From positions 1-64,000 of IMG/VR virus record IMGVR_UViG_2912838376_000002: DNA of 64,000 nt; one strand, 5' to 3'. The position numbers were made by a program, and so were the translations under genes. Under the pieces are notes generated by a model that saw nothing but the letters and a program-made list of their open reading frames with translations, was not told the DNA's origin and did no database searches. Below, piece by piece: positions 11,290 through 22,265 of the stretch; position 1 is the stretch's first letter, and each line of letters begins with the position of its first letter. The stretch is from a virus (taxonomy: Duplodnaviria; Caudoviricetes).

Positions 11290-14200
11290 ATGGAAAAGGA
11301 ATTGATTTTCCCTGTGCCTTATTCTGAGTTTGTCCGTAAAAAGGATGCACAATATGACGGGGATCCTAATGGGGATTACGTCATGTCTGAAGATGTTAAT
11401 GAACTTCAGGAATCTATTGAACAGATAGAGCGCGTCATTAACTTTAAAGAGTTAGGAAGCACAGTCTCAGATGCACTTAATAAGAAAGTAGATAAAGCAG
11501 CCATATCTGATTTTGGTAGCCCGTTATTCGTTGGTTATAGAGGTGCATCTATCAACACGTATGACTCCATCGAAAAACGAATCAATGCTTTTAGTTACAT
11601 TCCTCATGTCATGATTAATAAAGAAGAATCTACTAACTTTAATTTCTTTATAGATGAAGTTAAGAAGAGTGGAACATTGCTATATGGTATTATCAATTAC
11701 CCTAATGTTGTTTTAAATAACATTGAAGCTGATATAACATGGTTCGAATCTAAAGGTTTTCATGGAATCTTACTATCTAATTTTGGATTTGGAAATGGAT
11801 GGAACAGATCGCAACAAAACCAAATTCTTCAATACATTCATGCAAAAGGAATGGCAGCTGTTATTACAGGTGAAATAGAAACTACGTTATTTAACAAACC
11901 TCATAAAAACAATCCCCAGCAAGAAGACCTTAAAACATCGAAAGATGACATTTATTTAGCACAAGACGTATTCGTTTTAAACGGTGCTAAAAACAATCCT
12001 ATCGTAATTCCTTCCGTTGTTTTCAATTTAAACAAAGCTCAAAAAGAAAGAGGTATTCAAATATTCGTTGAAGATACAGCGGATGCAAGTAACGACAACA
12101 ATAAGCTTTATCTATACGGAAAAATGTTATCTACACTGTACAACTTAGATGGATATAGTCTCGTTCCTCAGAGTCGATACGCTTTAAATGAGAAGGTCGA
12201 AAGATATCTTCATGGTTTTGAGTTAGGGAAATGGAAAGCACAGAATCCAGTCTATGTAGAAGAAGCGACTGCTACATCACGTTCTTTCTCTAAAGGAAGT
12301 CTTGTCTTCGATAAGGTAAAAAACGAATGTTATATAAAAGGAGTAGGGTTAAATCCTTCAATCTACACATGGCAAGATAAACAAGTCCCTGGTAGAGCAA
12401 TTGATTTCGCAAGTGCTATTTATGGTTCTGAAGGTGTTGAAACTCTTGTTAATGCAATTAATGATAATGACCACCTAATCCATTATTCAAAAATCTCTGG
12501 ATTAACTGGAAGTGGTGCAACTCCGGATTCAATTAAGGATACTGTTATCAGAGCAATCAATAACTCTCCTGCAGCTGTAGCTAAGAATGGTCCTGGTGGT
12601 TACGATGCACTAGCAGGAAACGACTTCTTACACGGTGGCGTTATTGACTACATTGATGCAGGATCTATTAAATCAGGGGTACTTAACATTGAAGCAATCA
12701 AGACCAATATCATTGAAGCAATTAACGCTTATATTGGTACAGCTAAAATCAATACAGCTGTTATTGGTGAATTGTCTGCAGAACACATCGCAGCCAATGT
12801 TATTGATGCAATCAATATCTACGCTTCAAACATTTCTGTTGGTTCAGCCTTAATTGATAACGCTGTAATCGGTGAATTATCAGCAGAGCATATTAAGGGA
12901 GCAGTTGTTGAAGCTGTTAACTTGTATGCAGGGGAAGCCGTAATTGATTCAGCAAAGATCGCCCAACTTGACGCAGACCATATTAAGGCAGCTGTAATTG
13001 AAGCGATTAACGCGTCCATTGAAACTGCTGTAATCGACTCTGCAAAGATTGGTACCTTAACTGCAAGCCATATTAAAGGTATGGTTGTTGAAGCCATTAA
13101 CCTTTACGCAGGACAAGCTAAAATCGATGCTGCTCAAATTGGTGCCTTAAAAGCTGAAAACATTTCAGCCGGATTAATCGAAGCTTTAGAGATCTCAGCA
13201 GGAAGTGCTGACTTCGATAGATTACAAGCTTCTGTAATTGAAGCGATTAATGCAAGTATCGAACATGCTTTTATTGATGGAGCTATTATTGGTGAAGGTA
13301 CGGTTGATTCCGCACAAATCGCAGATGCTAGTATTACAGATGCAAAGATTGTTAGTTTAACAGCCGCTAAAATTAAAGCCGGTACAATTGATACCTCATT
13401 AGTAACCTTACAAGGTCCAGGTGCACGATTAAAAATCACGAATAACAGATTGCAAGTTTTTGATGACCAAGCAACTCCAATTGAACGTATCTCTCTTGGT
13501 GATGTGAATGGAGACGGATCAGAGTTTGGTTTCCGTGTTCGTGGTGCAGATGGAACTACTATCCTATTAGACCATAATGGTGTAAGGGAAGAGGGTATTA
13601 CTGACGGGGCAATTACTAATAAAAAAATTGAAGACGGAGCGGTAGACAATGATAAGGTTTTACAAAATTCCTTGCAAGGTGACCGACTAGTAGTTGATGC
13701 TATTACCGCTAGAGAGATAGCAGCGAAATCTGTTAATGCTAATCATTTACAAGTCGGTGCGATTGTTGCAGGTAGTGGGGTTATTGAAAAGGGTGCTATT
13801 GGTGAAGCTGAAATTGCACAAGCTAGTATCACAGATGCTCATATTAAAGCGTTAAGTGCCAACAAAGTAACTGCTGGTTCTATTCAGATGACGAGTAGAA
13901 ACTTAGTATCCAATGCAACATTTAGAAAAGGGACAATAGATTGGATTCTTGATTCAAACTTTAGCACTTCTGAAGTAAGTGAAATTGTTCGTTTAAATAC
14001 CACAAATAGTCTTCACTTATTTACCACTGGAAAACCTCTGCAAAATTCGAGCGCATATTCTAAGTTCGTTCCCGCAAGTGCAGGGGAAAACTACTCTGCT
14101 TCTGTATATGTCCTTACAAAAAACCTCTCCGCTTATGATGGTGGACACCCTAGAGTGGAAGTCGAATATCACAACGACTCAGCTCGTATCACATCAAAAA

Positions 14201-14805
14201 TCACCACATCTATATTAACAGGAAATGATATATGGCAACGTATTAGTGTTACAGAAATTGCTCCTGCAGGAACGACAAGAGTTCGATTACGAATCTATCA
14301 TCCTAAAAACGGAGATTCTTATTTCTGTAGACCAATGCTCCAAAAAGGAAACATCGTAACTGAGTGGACTGGTGACGGTTCATTCATGACTGAAGATGGT
14401 TTCTATACAGGAGAATTACATGCGGAACAGATAACTACTGGAAGGATTAAAGCTGGTATGGTTCAGATCGGACCAGATACACAGTTTGAACCAGGTTATA
14501 GCCCCGGTGAGCTTCTTCAAGAAATAGAAAAACGAACTCCTTATCGTGTAGAAATAATAAGTACAAATGGAATGTTCTTTAAGCAAGGTGTTGTTTCAAC
14601 GACACTAAAGGCTCAAGTGTACAAAGGTTCTACTGACGTAACAAGCCAGTTGCAAAACAATCAGTTTCTATGGAGAAGGGTAGATAAAGACGGTAATGAG
14701 GATCTTGCTTGGAATCAAACACATGCAGGATTAAAAGAAGTACCAATTACCAGACAGGATTTAAAACAAAGAGCAACATTCCTTTGCCAGATTATCAGCA
14801 ATTAG
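11290..14805 (+). CDS. 1171-aa tail spike/fibre protein: N-terminal TIM-barrel-like domain, ~30-aa beta-helical repeats, C-terminal CBM-like domain
   Basis: AVIGELSAEHI/IEAIN repeats; ITDAKI and LSANKVTAG motifs typical of Firmicute phage tail proteins; RNLVSNATF...RPMLQKG CBM-like domain. Confidence 0.7.
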   Translation: MEKELIFPVPYSEFVRKKDAQYDGDPNGDYVMSEDVNELQESIEQIERVINFKELGSTVSDALNKKVDKAAISDFGSPLFVGYRGASINTYDSIEKRINAFSYIPHVMINKEESTNFNFFIDEVKKSGTLLYGIINYPNVVLNNIEADITWFESKGFHGILLSNFGFGNGWNRSQQNQILQYIHAKGMAAVITGEIETTLFNKPHKNNPQQEDLKTSKDDIYLAQDVFVLNGAKNNPIVIPSVVFNLNKAQKERGIQIFVEDTADASNDNNKLYLYGKMLSTLYNLDGYSLVPQSRYALNEKVERYLHGFELGKWKAQNPVYVEEATATSRSFSKGSLVFDKVKNECYIKGVGLNPSIYTWQDKQVPGRAIDFASAIYGSEGVETLVNAINDNDHLIHYSKISGLTGSGATPDSIKDTVIRAINNSPAAVAKNGPGGYDALAGNDFLHGGVIDYIDAGSIKSGVLNIEAIKTNIIEAINAYIGTAKINTAVIGELSAEHIAANVIDAINIYASNISVGSALIDNAVIGELSAEHIKGAVVEAVNLYAGEAVIDSAKIAQLDADHIKAAVIEAINASIETAVIDSAKIGTLTASHIKGMVVEAINLYAGQAKIDAAQIGALKAENISAGLIEALEISAGSADFDRLQASVIEAINASIEHAFIDGAIIGEGTVDSAQIADASITDAKIVSLTAAKIKAGTIDTSLVTLQGPGARLKITNNRLQVFDDQATPIERISLGDVNGDGSEFGFRVRGADGTTILLDHNGVREEGITDGAITNKKIEDGAVDNDKVLQNSLQGDRLVVDAITAREIAAKSVNANHLQVGAIVAGSGVIEKGAIGEAEIAQASITDAHIKALSANKVTAGSIQMTSRNLVSNATFRKGTIDWILDSNFSTSEVSEIVRLNTTNSLHLFTTGKPLQNSSAYSKFVPASAGENYSASVYVLTKNLSAYDGGHPRVEVEYHNDSARITSKITTSILTGNDIWQRISVTEIAPAGTTRVRLRIYHPKNGDSYFCRPMLQKGNIVTEWTGDGSFMTEDGFYTGELHAEQITTGRIKAGMVQIGPDTQFEPGYSPGELLQEIEKRTPYRVEIISTNGMFFKQGVVSTTLKAQVYKGSTDVTSQLQNNQFLWRRVDKDGNEDLAWNQTHAGLKEVPITRQDLKQRATFLCQIISN
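12700..13380 (+). repeat. Intragenic ~30-aa tandem repeats (beta-helix-like)
   Basis: About seven copies of VIEAIN-x-Y/S...A(V/K)ID(S/N)A(K/V)IG-x-L-x-A-x-HI. Confidence 0.75.
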
Positions 14806-14822
14806 GTGTTGCGATTCTAAGA

Positions 14823-14873
14823 CGTAATAGATTACTTTGATTGGGTAAAACAAAGTAGTCTATTACTTTTTTT
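14823..14873 (+). terminator. Long hairpin terminator
   Basis: GTAATAGATTACTTTG...CAAAGTAGTCTATTAC followed by a T run. Confidence 0.7.
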
Positions 14874-14905
14874 AATAAAACATAAATCAGAAAGAAGGGA
14901 ACAAT

Positions 14906-17900
14906 ATGGAAGTATTAGCAACGGGGCACATATCACTTGTTGATATTAACGATGCGATTGTATCAGATGTACCGCCCGCTGACCCTTCATTAGGAGCACT
15001 TTGGATTGACACAACTAAAGATCCTAATACATTAAATAGTTGGGACGGAATTAATTGGGTTGAGCAATCGTTATCTATTTCCGCTCTAGACCCATCATTT
15101 TATCAAGACGTAGAAAAACTAAAAGACTTTGCTGATAAAGCAGGAAGTGACGGTATCATTACTTCAGGTGAAAAAGCAAACATCAAATTAATCCTAATGG
15201 AAATCACAGGTGATGTTCTTTCTGGACAAACTCTTCCTACTCTTACAAACATTGATACTGCAAAAGGCGGACAAGTTTATTTAGCAAGAGCAGAAGCAAG
15301 AGCTTCGGGTATTCCAATAACTCATGCGGATTATACAGCTTTTGAAACAGCCTACAGTGATTTAAAAACATATCTAGAGTCACTAACTCCGAGACCTTGG
15401 TTAACAGGCGATACAACAATTGATCCTGTTGCATGGACAGCTAAATGGGATGCTTACTACGAAAAGCTTTCAAGGTTAGCAGTAGCAACATCTACATATC
15501 TGGCAAACAGTATTAGACCAGGAGAAGACTACAACGGTGTTACTATCAATACCGATAAAGGTATCGTTGTTTTAAGAGGTGATGGTCTTTTCAGAACAAT
15601 CCTGAATGCAACTGAAGGTATTTCTATTGAGAAGAACAATGCAGGCACATGGAACAAGATGTTCTATACGAACCTAGATGGTAAAATCTACGCAAACGGA
15701 CTAGTTATTAGTTCTGATTCTACAATTGCAGGAACAGCAGCAGGAACGGTTACAGATAATGCCCTAAAAGGTAAGCAGGGTATTGATGACTTAACAAGTG
15801 ATCTGAAGGTTACTCCATCAGAGAAAACGACATTAAGTAGAGAGTGGGAAGGTATTAAAGCAGAGTATACTCAAGTATTAGCACTAGCAATCTCTCTTGG
15901 TGTTACTGCTTCTACTTATACGACATCTTATACAAACCTAGATGGCGTTACTCCAAAAATAGCAGCCGAAGTACTAGCTACTATGACAACCACTTATACA
16001 TTCGCTTCAGCATCTGCGAGAGATGCGTTTAGAACAAAGATAAACTCTTATTTTGCTGAGTCTGAAAAAATTAAGAAAGCAATTAATGACGCTATCAATC
16101 AGTCAGCAAGTGATGCAAATAACAAGATTACTAATCTTCAAATTGGCGGTCGAAATTTAGTTACTGAATATAGTGACATAAGAACGTTACCTCCTAAAAA
16201 CAATGGAGATGCAGCCGACAATTTCAACTACGAAAGATTTTATGTTGATATGGAATTAAATAAAGAGTACACAGTATCAGCTAAAGTTGAATTCACTACT
16301 CAAGCACCGAATACTGATACTCATATTTCCATATACCCTTACCCTGAAGGCAGCGACACGTTTGTTCCGATTATTGACGGTAAAGTTGTTTTTACATTCA
16401 CTAAGAAATCTGCAAATACAAATAGTGTATTAATGTATGCAGGTAAGGCAGGGACTACTAGAAGCAAAGGAGTTATTTTTAGGGAAATCCAAATCGAGCA
16501 GGGAAATAAAGCTACAGCTTATCGACTAGCTCCAGAAGCTGTAAATAAATTGATTTCCGATGCAGATAAAAAAGCTGAAGAGAGTAAGACTGCTATTGCT
16601 GAAATGACAAGTGACATGAAAATTACACCACTTGAGAAAAACCAATTGAGTCGAGATTGGGAAGCAATCAAAGCTGAATATACACAGGTTTTAGCTTTAG
16701 CTCAATCTACCTCTGGTGTTTCTACGACTGCATATACAACAGCTTATTCAAACTTAGATAGCGTATCTCCAAAGATCGCTTCTGAAATTCTAGCAAGTAT
16801 GAGCACAACATATTCATTTGCTTCAGCTGCTGCTAGAGATTTATTCAAAACTAAGATGAACTCGTACTTTAGTGAATCTGAAAAAATCAAGAAAGCAATT
16901 AGCGATGTAATTAATAACTCAGCAAAAAATGCTAATGACAAAATCGACAACTTAAAAATCGGTTCACGAAACATTGTCAGAAAGAAACAAATAATTCCTT
17001 TCAACGCAGCAGATTCATCTTATGATGAGCCTACAAATACATGGACAATAACAGCTAATGATGGAGCTGGTGGTTCATGGGGAGCGGGTGTACGAATTAC
17101 TGACAAGTTCGCTGTTATTCCAATTGGAAGCTGGTACACAGCTAGTTTCGAAGTGTATTCACCTGTCGATATCACTTGGAGTAATGATACGAACAACTTC
17201 CCAATTGGTACAGCATCTGGAACGAATGACAATGATGAAGTTGCACTAAGAAAGAATTCCGGTAGAAACATAAAAGCAAATACATGGACGAAGTGTTGGT
17301 TCTCGTATAAAAACAAAGACAATTCAACGACGGAACTGTATGATCAGTCTAATATCGGAGTTGTTAATAATACCGGTGCTCCTATCACATTTAAAATCAG
17401 AAATGTAAAAGGGGAACTTGGAAACATTCCTACTGATTTTACATTTAACCAGGAAGATCTAGATGAAGCAATTGCCAAGATTTCTTTTAGTGGTAGAAAT
17501 CTGATTTTGAATTCAAATCAAGATTACTCTACAACTGGTTATCTTATTAACCAATACATGTTGTCTGAAGATTGGATTACGGGACAAGAATATACTTTCG
17601 TAATAAAAGGGTCTATTCCTCAAGGACAAACTTTTGGAATTTGGCAAAACGGTGGTTCAACTAACGTAGGACATGCAACAACTGTTTACATTAATGGTGT
17701 AACATACGTAACGTTTAAAGCTGCTGCAACGACATCGGGCAATGAAAGAAAATTGTCTTTATATAACTACCCTAGTAACACAACACTAGCCAATGTTGAC
17801 TGGGTTGCTTTATACAAAGGTAACAAACCAATGGACTGGATGATTGCTCCAGAAGATATTGAATCTATAGTCAATCTCCAATCAAGCGGTGCTGCAAACA

Positions 17901-20900
17901 TATTTAGAAATTCTGGGAACTTCAAGAATCTCAATGGATGGATATCGAATGCGGGTAAATCATTGAAAATAGGAGAAAAAGATGGGTTTACAGTATTAGA
18001 AGCTGTAGGGTCTATTACATCTACTAATCATATTACTCGCGAAAAGTTAAAACCATCTACAGAGTATGTTTATTCTGTAGAAATCATGTTCAGTAAAGAT
18101 ACCAATATCGACAACATAAAACCTATACATCATTGGTTCTTCGATACAGGTGGTAACTACAATGCAGTAGATTCCTATGTTTTGATATCTAGTGACAAAG
18201 TTGCAAAAGCAAATACATGGACTAGAGTATCTATTCTATTTAAAACGAAAGCTACCATAACGAGTGCAGCGTACTTTAAAGCATTTGTATACGATAATGT
18301 ACAGTTAACAGACGACAATACGTATTGGGTTAAAAACGTTATGTTCTCTGAAACAAACAGAATTGTTAACTGGTCAGCATCTCTTGCAGATATCGAAGAG
18401 TTAGTTGCAAGTGTTCCGTTTGTGGGAAGAAACCTGTTTTTAAATGCCGCACTTCTTCAAGGTGCTAAGTATTGGTATTCGAATGTGGCGCAAACAGAAA
18501 TTATCACTGATGGATCAGATATTGCTTTTAAATTTGTTCCTAATCTAGGTTCAAAAAGAAGTGGTATATATCAGAGACAAGGTGGCGTTTCTACAGGTGC
18601 TTTACCATTTGACGCGAACCAAGACTATACTGTCAGTGTAACTATGAAGTCTAGTGCAGCTGCTCAAAAAGTAGAGTTTGGTGCAGAGGGTACTAAAACC
18701 ACAATGGCAAATGTAGGTACAGAATGGCAGGACTATTCGTTCACTTTCAAAGGCACGGGCACTGGTAATGGAACTATAATTTTCTATGGAATTGATGCTC
18801 CGGACAATACACAATTTTTCATCAAAAAAATGAAGCTAGAAAAAGGAACTAAGAAAACAGATTTCAGTGCAGCTCCAGAGGATATAGATCAAGCAATTGC
18901 ATCAGTAACGAATTCTGTTGCCGACATGACAAGTGATATGAAAATCACACCATTAGAAAAGCAAACGCTAAGTCGAGATTGGGAATCTATTAAAGCCGAA
19001 TATGCTCAGGTGTTACCACAAGCTCAATCAGTTTCAGGTGTTTCTACGTCAGCATATTCAACTGCTTATAGTAACCTAGATGGTGTATCTCCAAAAATCG
19101 CCTCAGAAATTCTAGCAAATATGAGTACCACATATACATTCGCTTCAACAGCAGCTAGAGATTTATTTAGAACACAAATTAACACGTATTTTAATGAAGC
19201 CGAGAAAATTAAGAAAGCTATCTCTGATGGAATAAATGATTTAAACAGAGAGTTGGCTCAAGCCATTTCAACTGGGAAAATGATGTATACTGATCCGATA
19301 TTTAAAAACGGTATGAACAGTGTTCAAGTCTACAACAATAATAGCACTGGCGGAGCAGTGACAGTGACTAGAATTGCGGCACCAGTTGATGCGCCAACAA
19401 CTTCTTCTTCCGTATTAGAAATTAAGACAACAGGAGCAGCATCTCCAAGTCATGGTGGATTCCAACACCCAATCAGTTCAAGAGCTGGTGCTAAATTCTT
19501 ATTACGAATCATTGCTAAGATACCAGTAGGGTACACTCTGAATACAGCAACTAATTCAATGGGAACTGGATATACGGACAGAATCTTAACATCGAACAAA
19601 GGAACAGGTAAGTTTGAAGAGTATATTCGTCTTGTTACTTGTGGAACTACTGGGATTTTTTCAAGTGGAGGACACTTCTTTTTAGCAGGTGGAGCTACAG
19701 CTACACCAGAAGCGCCAGTAGTTTGGCAATTAGCTTATGCAACCGTGTTTGATGTGGGAGATGCAGACTACACTGTTACAGATAACAAAGGGAAATGGGA
19801 CGATGCTGCGAATAATGCAAACAATGCATTAAAGCAAGGTTACGTAGTAAATAACCCAACATTCTCCGACTGGACAGGATCATTTCCTGCTGGACTTGGT
19901 TCATGGAGCAGTTCAACAGTTTCAAAAGAAACAACTCTAACAAGAACAGGAAGTGCAATGAGGTTTAATGTTGGAAGTGATACTGCACAAATAGGTGCAA
20001 CTATACTTCCAAGCTTCTTCATAAATAATCTACCAAACCGGCAGCATTATGTTGTCGAATTAGATTTCATGTTGGTAAGTGGTGCAATAACTGGAGCTTG
20101 TGTACTGTTGGATTGGAGTGGGATGAATCCATACCGAACTACGATTCATCTTTCAGATATAGAGCCGAATCCGACTTTAGGTAAATGGTATACAGTTCGG
20201 GCAGTAATGAAAAGACCGCATGATAATTTAACTGGATATAATACTATGCAAGGTTTCCTTCTTGCTAACTATTCAGGTTCAACAACAAACAAAGTTAAGA
20301 ACATTATCTTTGATCGACTTGTTTTCAGAGAGCCTACTCAGCAAGAAATCGATGCTTACGAAATCACAACTATCGAAAATGGTAAAACAGTAATTGATGG
20401 AGGAAAACTTAAAACCAATTCTGTAAAAGCGGAATCAGTCGATGCAAGACGTTTAAGAGTAACAAACAGCAGTGGTACTGTTACATTAGAGATTACCGAT
20501 GCAGGGGAAGTAACTGTTAACGGTAAGGTTTCTATTAATAGTAGTTCAATGTTTGCTCCAGGGTATGACCCATCAAAAAATGATGGCGGACGAAATGTTG
20601 TATTAAACTCTCGTTTCTCTACTGCAGATGCAACAAGTTGGACAAACTGGGGATCTCCTTCTGTACGACAAGTAGAAGATATTACAGACTTGCCTGGTTT
20701 TGATAAAGCAGTTAAATTTACAACAACAACATCAAACCAAGGACTGTATCAAAACTTCCCTACTATAAATGGTAATACATATACAGCTTCTTGCTATGTT
20801 AAATCTTCAGTAGGGCAAGCTGTTCTTCAAGTTAATGATGGTGTAGGTTATCCAGGCGTAACTATGGCTGCGGCTGATGCAGCTAAAAACAAATGGGTGA

Positions 20901-22237
20901 AGATATACTTTACTTTTATTGCGAAATCAAACAATGCAATAGTATACATCGGTAGAAGTGGCGCAGGTACAAATGGTACCTATTGGTTTACTGGTGTCAA
21001 AGTAGAAGAGGGAGACAAAACAACAGGTTGGACTCCTGCAAATGAAGATGCTGATGGGTTAATTGGAAAAGTAGTAACTCCAAATGGAGACATTAAAGCA
21101 CTTGATATTGCTTCTTCTATGTCTGTTACACCAGGAGCTATTGATATGGTAAGTAAGAACATTAACTTAAAAGGTAAAGTTACATTCTCTGATTTTGCTT
21201 CTGGATGGGCACTTGACTCAGCTGGAAATAAAATAAGCAACTCTAACCAACCAGGTTACGATCCGGCGAATCCGCTTTATCTAGATATGGATGGGAACTA
21301 CAGACCTTTATCAGATGAAAAGAACTTCATGTCGAATCTATTTACTAAAGATGACACAACTGGAGTAACTGTTATCGATGGTAACTATATCAAGACAGGA
21401 ACAATTCAAGCAAAGTACGCCAACTTTAGAGATGTCCAAGTATACAATGATTCAGGTCAACAGACCTTCCGCATTGATACAAATGGTAACCTATCTACAT
21501 CTGGTACCTCTCAATCTATTGGATATGAAAGACAGAAAAAAGGTTGGAAGATTGATGCTGACGGTTCTGCTGAGTTCAATGCTGCTACATTCCGTGGAGA
21601 CATTGAATTAGGGTATTATAACGCACCAACAGATTCTTTCGTCGTTACTGGTGGGTTGCTAAGTAGTATTGGTGGAACTGGTAAGGATTTAAGATTCTGG
21701 GCGGGGGCAAATAAATCTACTGCTCCATTCAAAGTTTTCTCAGATGGTACTTTAGAAGCAACAAAAGGATTCTTCACAGGAACGTTCTCTGGTGAAGTAG
21801 TTGTGGGAAATATCTTAATCAAAGATACTGCAACAAAAGGAGATGCCAAAATAATTCTTACTGATGACTCTAAGATTCAGAAGGTTGTTCTCGGAGAATC
21901 AGCAGTAGAATTAAATACAAAGACGACTTTTGGTAACTTCTTAACGGTAGATATTACTAATCAAAAACTCGATTTCGGAGCAAACGATTTCGGAATTGAT
22001 TACAAAAACAATACGATCAGAATGAAAAGCTTTTCTTTAAAAGGAACGACGGCTTTAGAATTTGTATCAGATGGTTCATCTGGTGATGATTTCGTATTCA
22101 AAAACGTAACTGGTGATACATCGGTGCGGGTAGATGGTAGCTTTATTGCTAGAGATGACATTGAAATTACGAATGTTTTACGTATGAAAAAATCTACAGA
22201 TGCCGGTAACAAAGGTATCGATTACGTATTCATTTAA
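14906..22237 (+). CDS. 2443-aa modular tail fibre/receptor-binding protein with repeated helical spacers and multiple CBM-like domains
   Basis: Three ~105-aa repeats (SDMKITPLEK..LSRDWE.IKAEY...EKIKKAI) alternate with GRNL/GSRNI/GRNV-initiated CBM-like modules ending in K(L/V)E.G...PED; C-terminal GWKIDADGSAEF. Confidence 0.8.
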   Translation: MEVLATGHISLVDINDAIVSDVPPADPSLGALWIDTTKDPNTLNSWDGINWVEQSLSISALDPSFYQDVEKLKDFADKAGSDGIITSGEKANIKLILMEITGDVLSGQTLPTLTNIDTAKGGQVYLARAEARASGIPITHADYTAFETAYSDLKTYLESLTPRPWLTGDTTIDPVAWTAKWDAYYEKLSRLAVATSTYLANSIRPGEDYNGVTINTDKGIVVLRGDGLFRTILNATEGISIEKNNAGTWNKMFYTNLDGKIYANGLVISSDSTIAGTAAGTVTDNALKGKQGIDDLTSDLKVTPSEKTTLSREWEGIKAEYTQVLALAISLGVTASTYTTSYTNLDGVTPKIAAEVLATMTTTYTFASASARDAFRTKINSYFAESEKIKKAINDAINQSASDANNKITNLQIGGRNLVTEYSDIRTLPPKNNGDAADNFNYERFYVDMELNKEYTVSAKVEFTTQAPNTDTHISIYPYPEGSDTFVPIIDGKVVFTFTKKSANTNSVLMYAGKAGTTRSKGVIFREIQIEQGNKATAYRLAPEAVNKLISDADKKAEESKTAIAEMTSDMKITPLEKNQLSRDWEAIKAEYTQVLALAQSTSGVSTTAYTTAYSNLDSVSPKIASEILASMSTTYSFASAAARDLFKTKMNSYFSESEKIKKAISDVINNSAKNANDKIDNLKIGSRNIVRKKQIIPFNAADSSYDEPTNTWTITANDGAGGSWGAGVRITDKFAVIPIGSWYTASFEVYSPVDITWSNDTNNFPIGTASGTNDNDEVALRKNSGRNIKANTWTKCWFSYKNKDNSTTELYDQSNIGVVNNTGAPITFKIRNVKGELGNIPTDFTFNQEDLDEAIAKISFSGRNLILNSNQDYSTTGYLINQYMLSEDWITGQEYTFVIKGSIPQGQTFGIWQNGGSTNVGHATTVYINGVTYVTFKAAATTSGNERKLSLYNYPSNTTLANVDWVALYKGNKPMDWMIAPEDIESIVNLQSSGAANIFRNSGNFKNLNGWISNAGKSLKIGEKDGFTVLEAVGSITSTNHITREKLKPSTEYVYSVEIMFSKDTNIDNIKPIHHWFFDTGGNYNAVDSYVLISSDKVAKANTWTRVSILFKTKATITSAAYFKAFVYDNVQLTDDNTYWVKNVMFSETNRIVNWSASLADIEELVASVPFVGRNLFLNAALLQGAKYWYSNVAQTEIITDGSDIAFKFVPNLGSKRSGIYQRQGGVSTGALPFDANQDYTVSVTMKSSAAAQKVEFGAEGTKTTMANVGTEWQDYSFTFKGTGTGNGTIIFYGIDAPDNTQFFIKKMKLEKGTKKTDFSAAPEDIDQAIASVTNSVADMTSDMKITPLEKQTLSRDWESIKAEYAQVLPQAQSVSGVSTSAYSTAYSNLDGVSPKIASEILANMSTTYTFASTAARDLFRTQINTYFNEAEKIKKAISDGINDLNRELAQAISTGKMMYTDPIFKNGMNSVQVYNNNSTGGAVTVTRIAAPVDAPTTSSSVLEIKTTGAASPSHGGFQHPISSRAGAKFLLRIIAKIPVGYTLNTATNSMGTGYTDRILTSNKGTGKFEEYIRLVTCGTTGIFSSGGHFFLAGGATATPEAPVVWQLAYATVFDVGDADYTVTDNKGKWDDAANNANNALKQGYVVNNPTFSDWTGSFPAGLGSWSSSTVSKETTLTRTGSAMRFNVGSDTAQIGATILPSFFINNLPNRQHYVVELDFMLVSGAITGACVLLDWSGMNPYRTTIHLSDIEPNPTLGKWYTVRAVMKRPHDNLTGYNTMQGFLLANYSGSTTNKVKNIIFDRLVFREPTQQEIDAYEITTIENGKTVIDGGKLKTNSVKAESVDARRLRVTNSSGTVTLEITDAGEVTVNGKVSINSSSMFAPGYDPSKNDGGRNVVLNSRFSTADATSWTNWGSPSVRQVEDITDLPGFDKAVKFTTTTSNQGLYQNFPTINGNTYTASCYVKSSVGQAVLQVNDGVGYPGVTMAAADAAKNKWVKIYFTFIAKSNNAIVYIGRSGAGTNGTYWFTGVKVEEGDKTTGWTPANEDADGLIGKVVTPNGDIKALDIASSMSVTPGAIDMVSKNINLKGKVTFSDFASGWALDSAGNKISNSNQPGYDPANPLYLDMDGNYRPLSDEKNFMSNLFTKDDTTGVTVIDGNYIKTGTIQAKYANFRDVQVYNDSGQQTFRIDTNGNLSTSGTSQSIGYERQKKGWKIDADGSAEFNAATFRGDIELGYYNAPTDSFVVTGGLLSSIGGTGKDLRFWAGANKSTAPFKVFSDGTLEATKGFFTGTFSGEVVVGNILIKDTATKGDAKIILTDDSKIQKVVLGESAVELNTKTTFGNFLTVDITNQKLDFGANDFGIDYKNNTIRMKSFSLKGTTALEFVSDGSSGDDFVFKNVTGDTSVRVDGSFIARDDIEITNVLRMKKSTDAGNKGIDYVFI
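15788..19237 (+). repeat. Three dispersed ~315-bp direct repeats in the fibre gene (~15788-16099, ~16601-16915, ~18923-19237)
   Basis: Similarity is visible in both protein and DNA, e.g. ATGACAAGTGAC/TATGAAAAT and AGTCGAGATTGGGAA. Confidence 0.8.
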
Positions 22238-22265
22238 TAAAGAGATTAAGAGAGGAGTAAAAGAA

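Noticed and set aside
12635-22212. Many 60-170-aa antisense or alternate-frame ORFs in the ORF track, here and inside the minus-strand genes
   Set aside because: Shadow ORFs within long, well-supported genes, without RBSs or recognisable motifs
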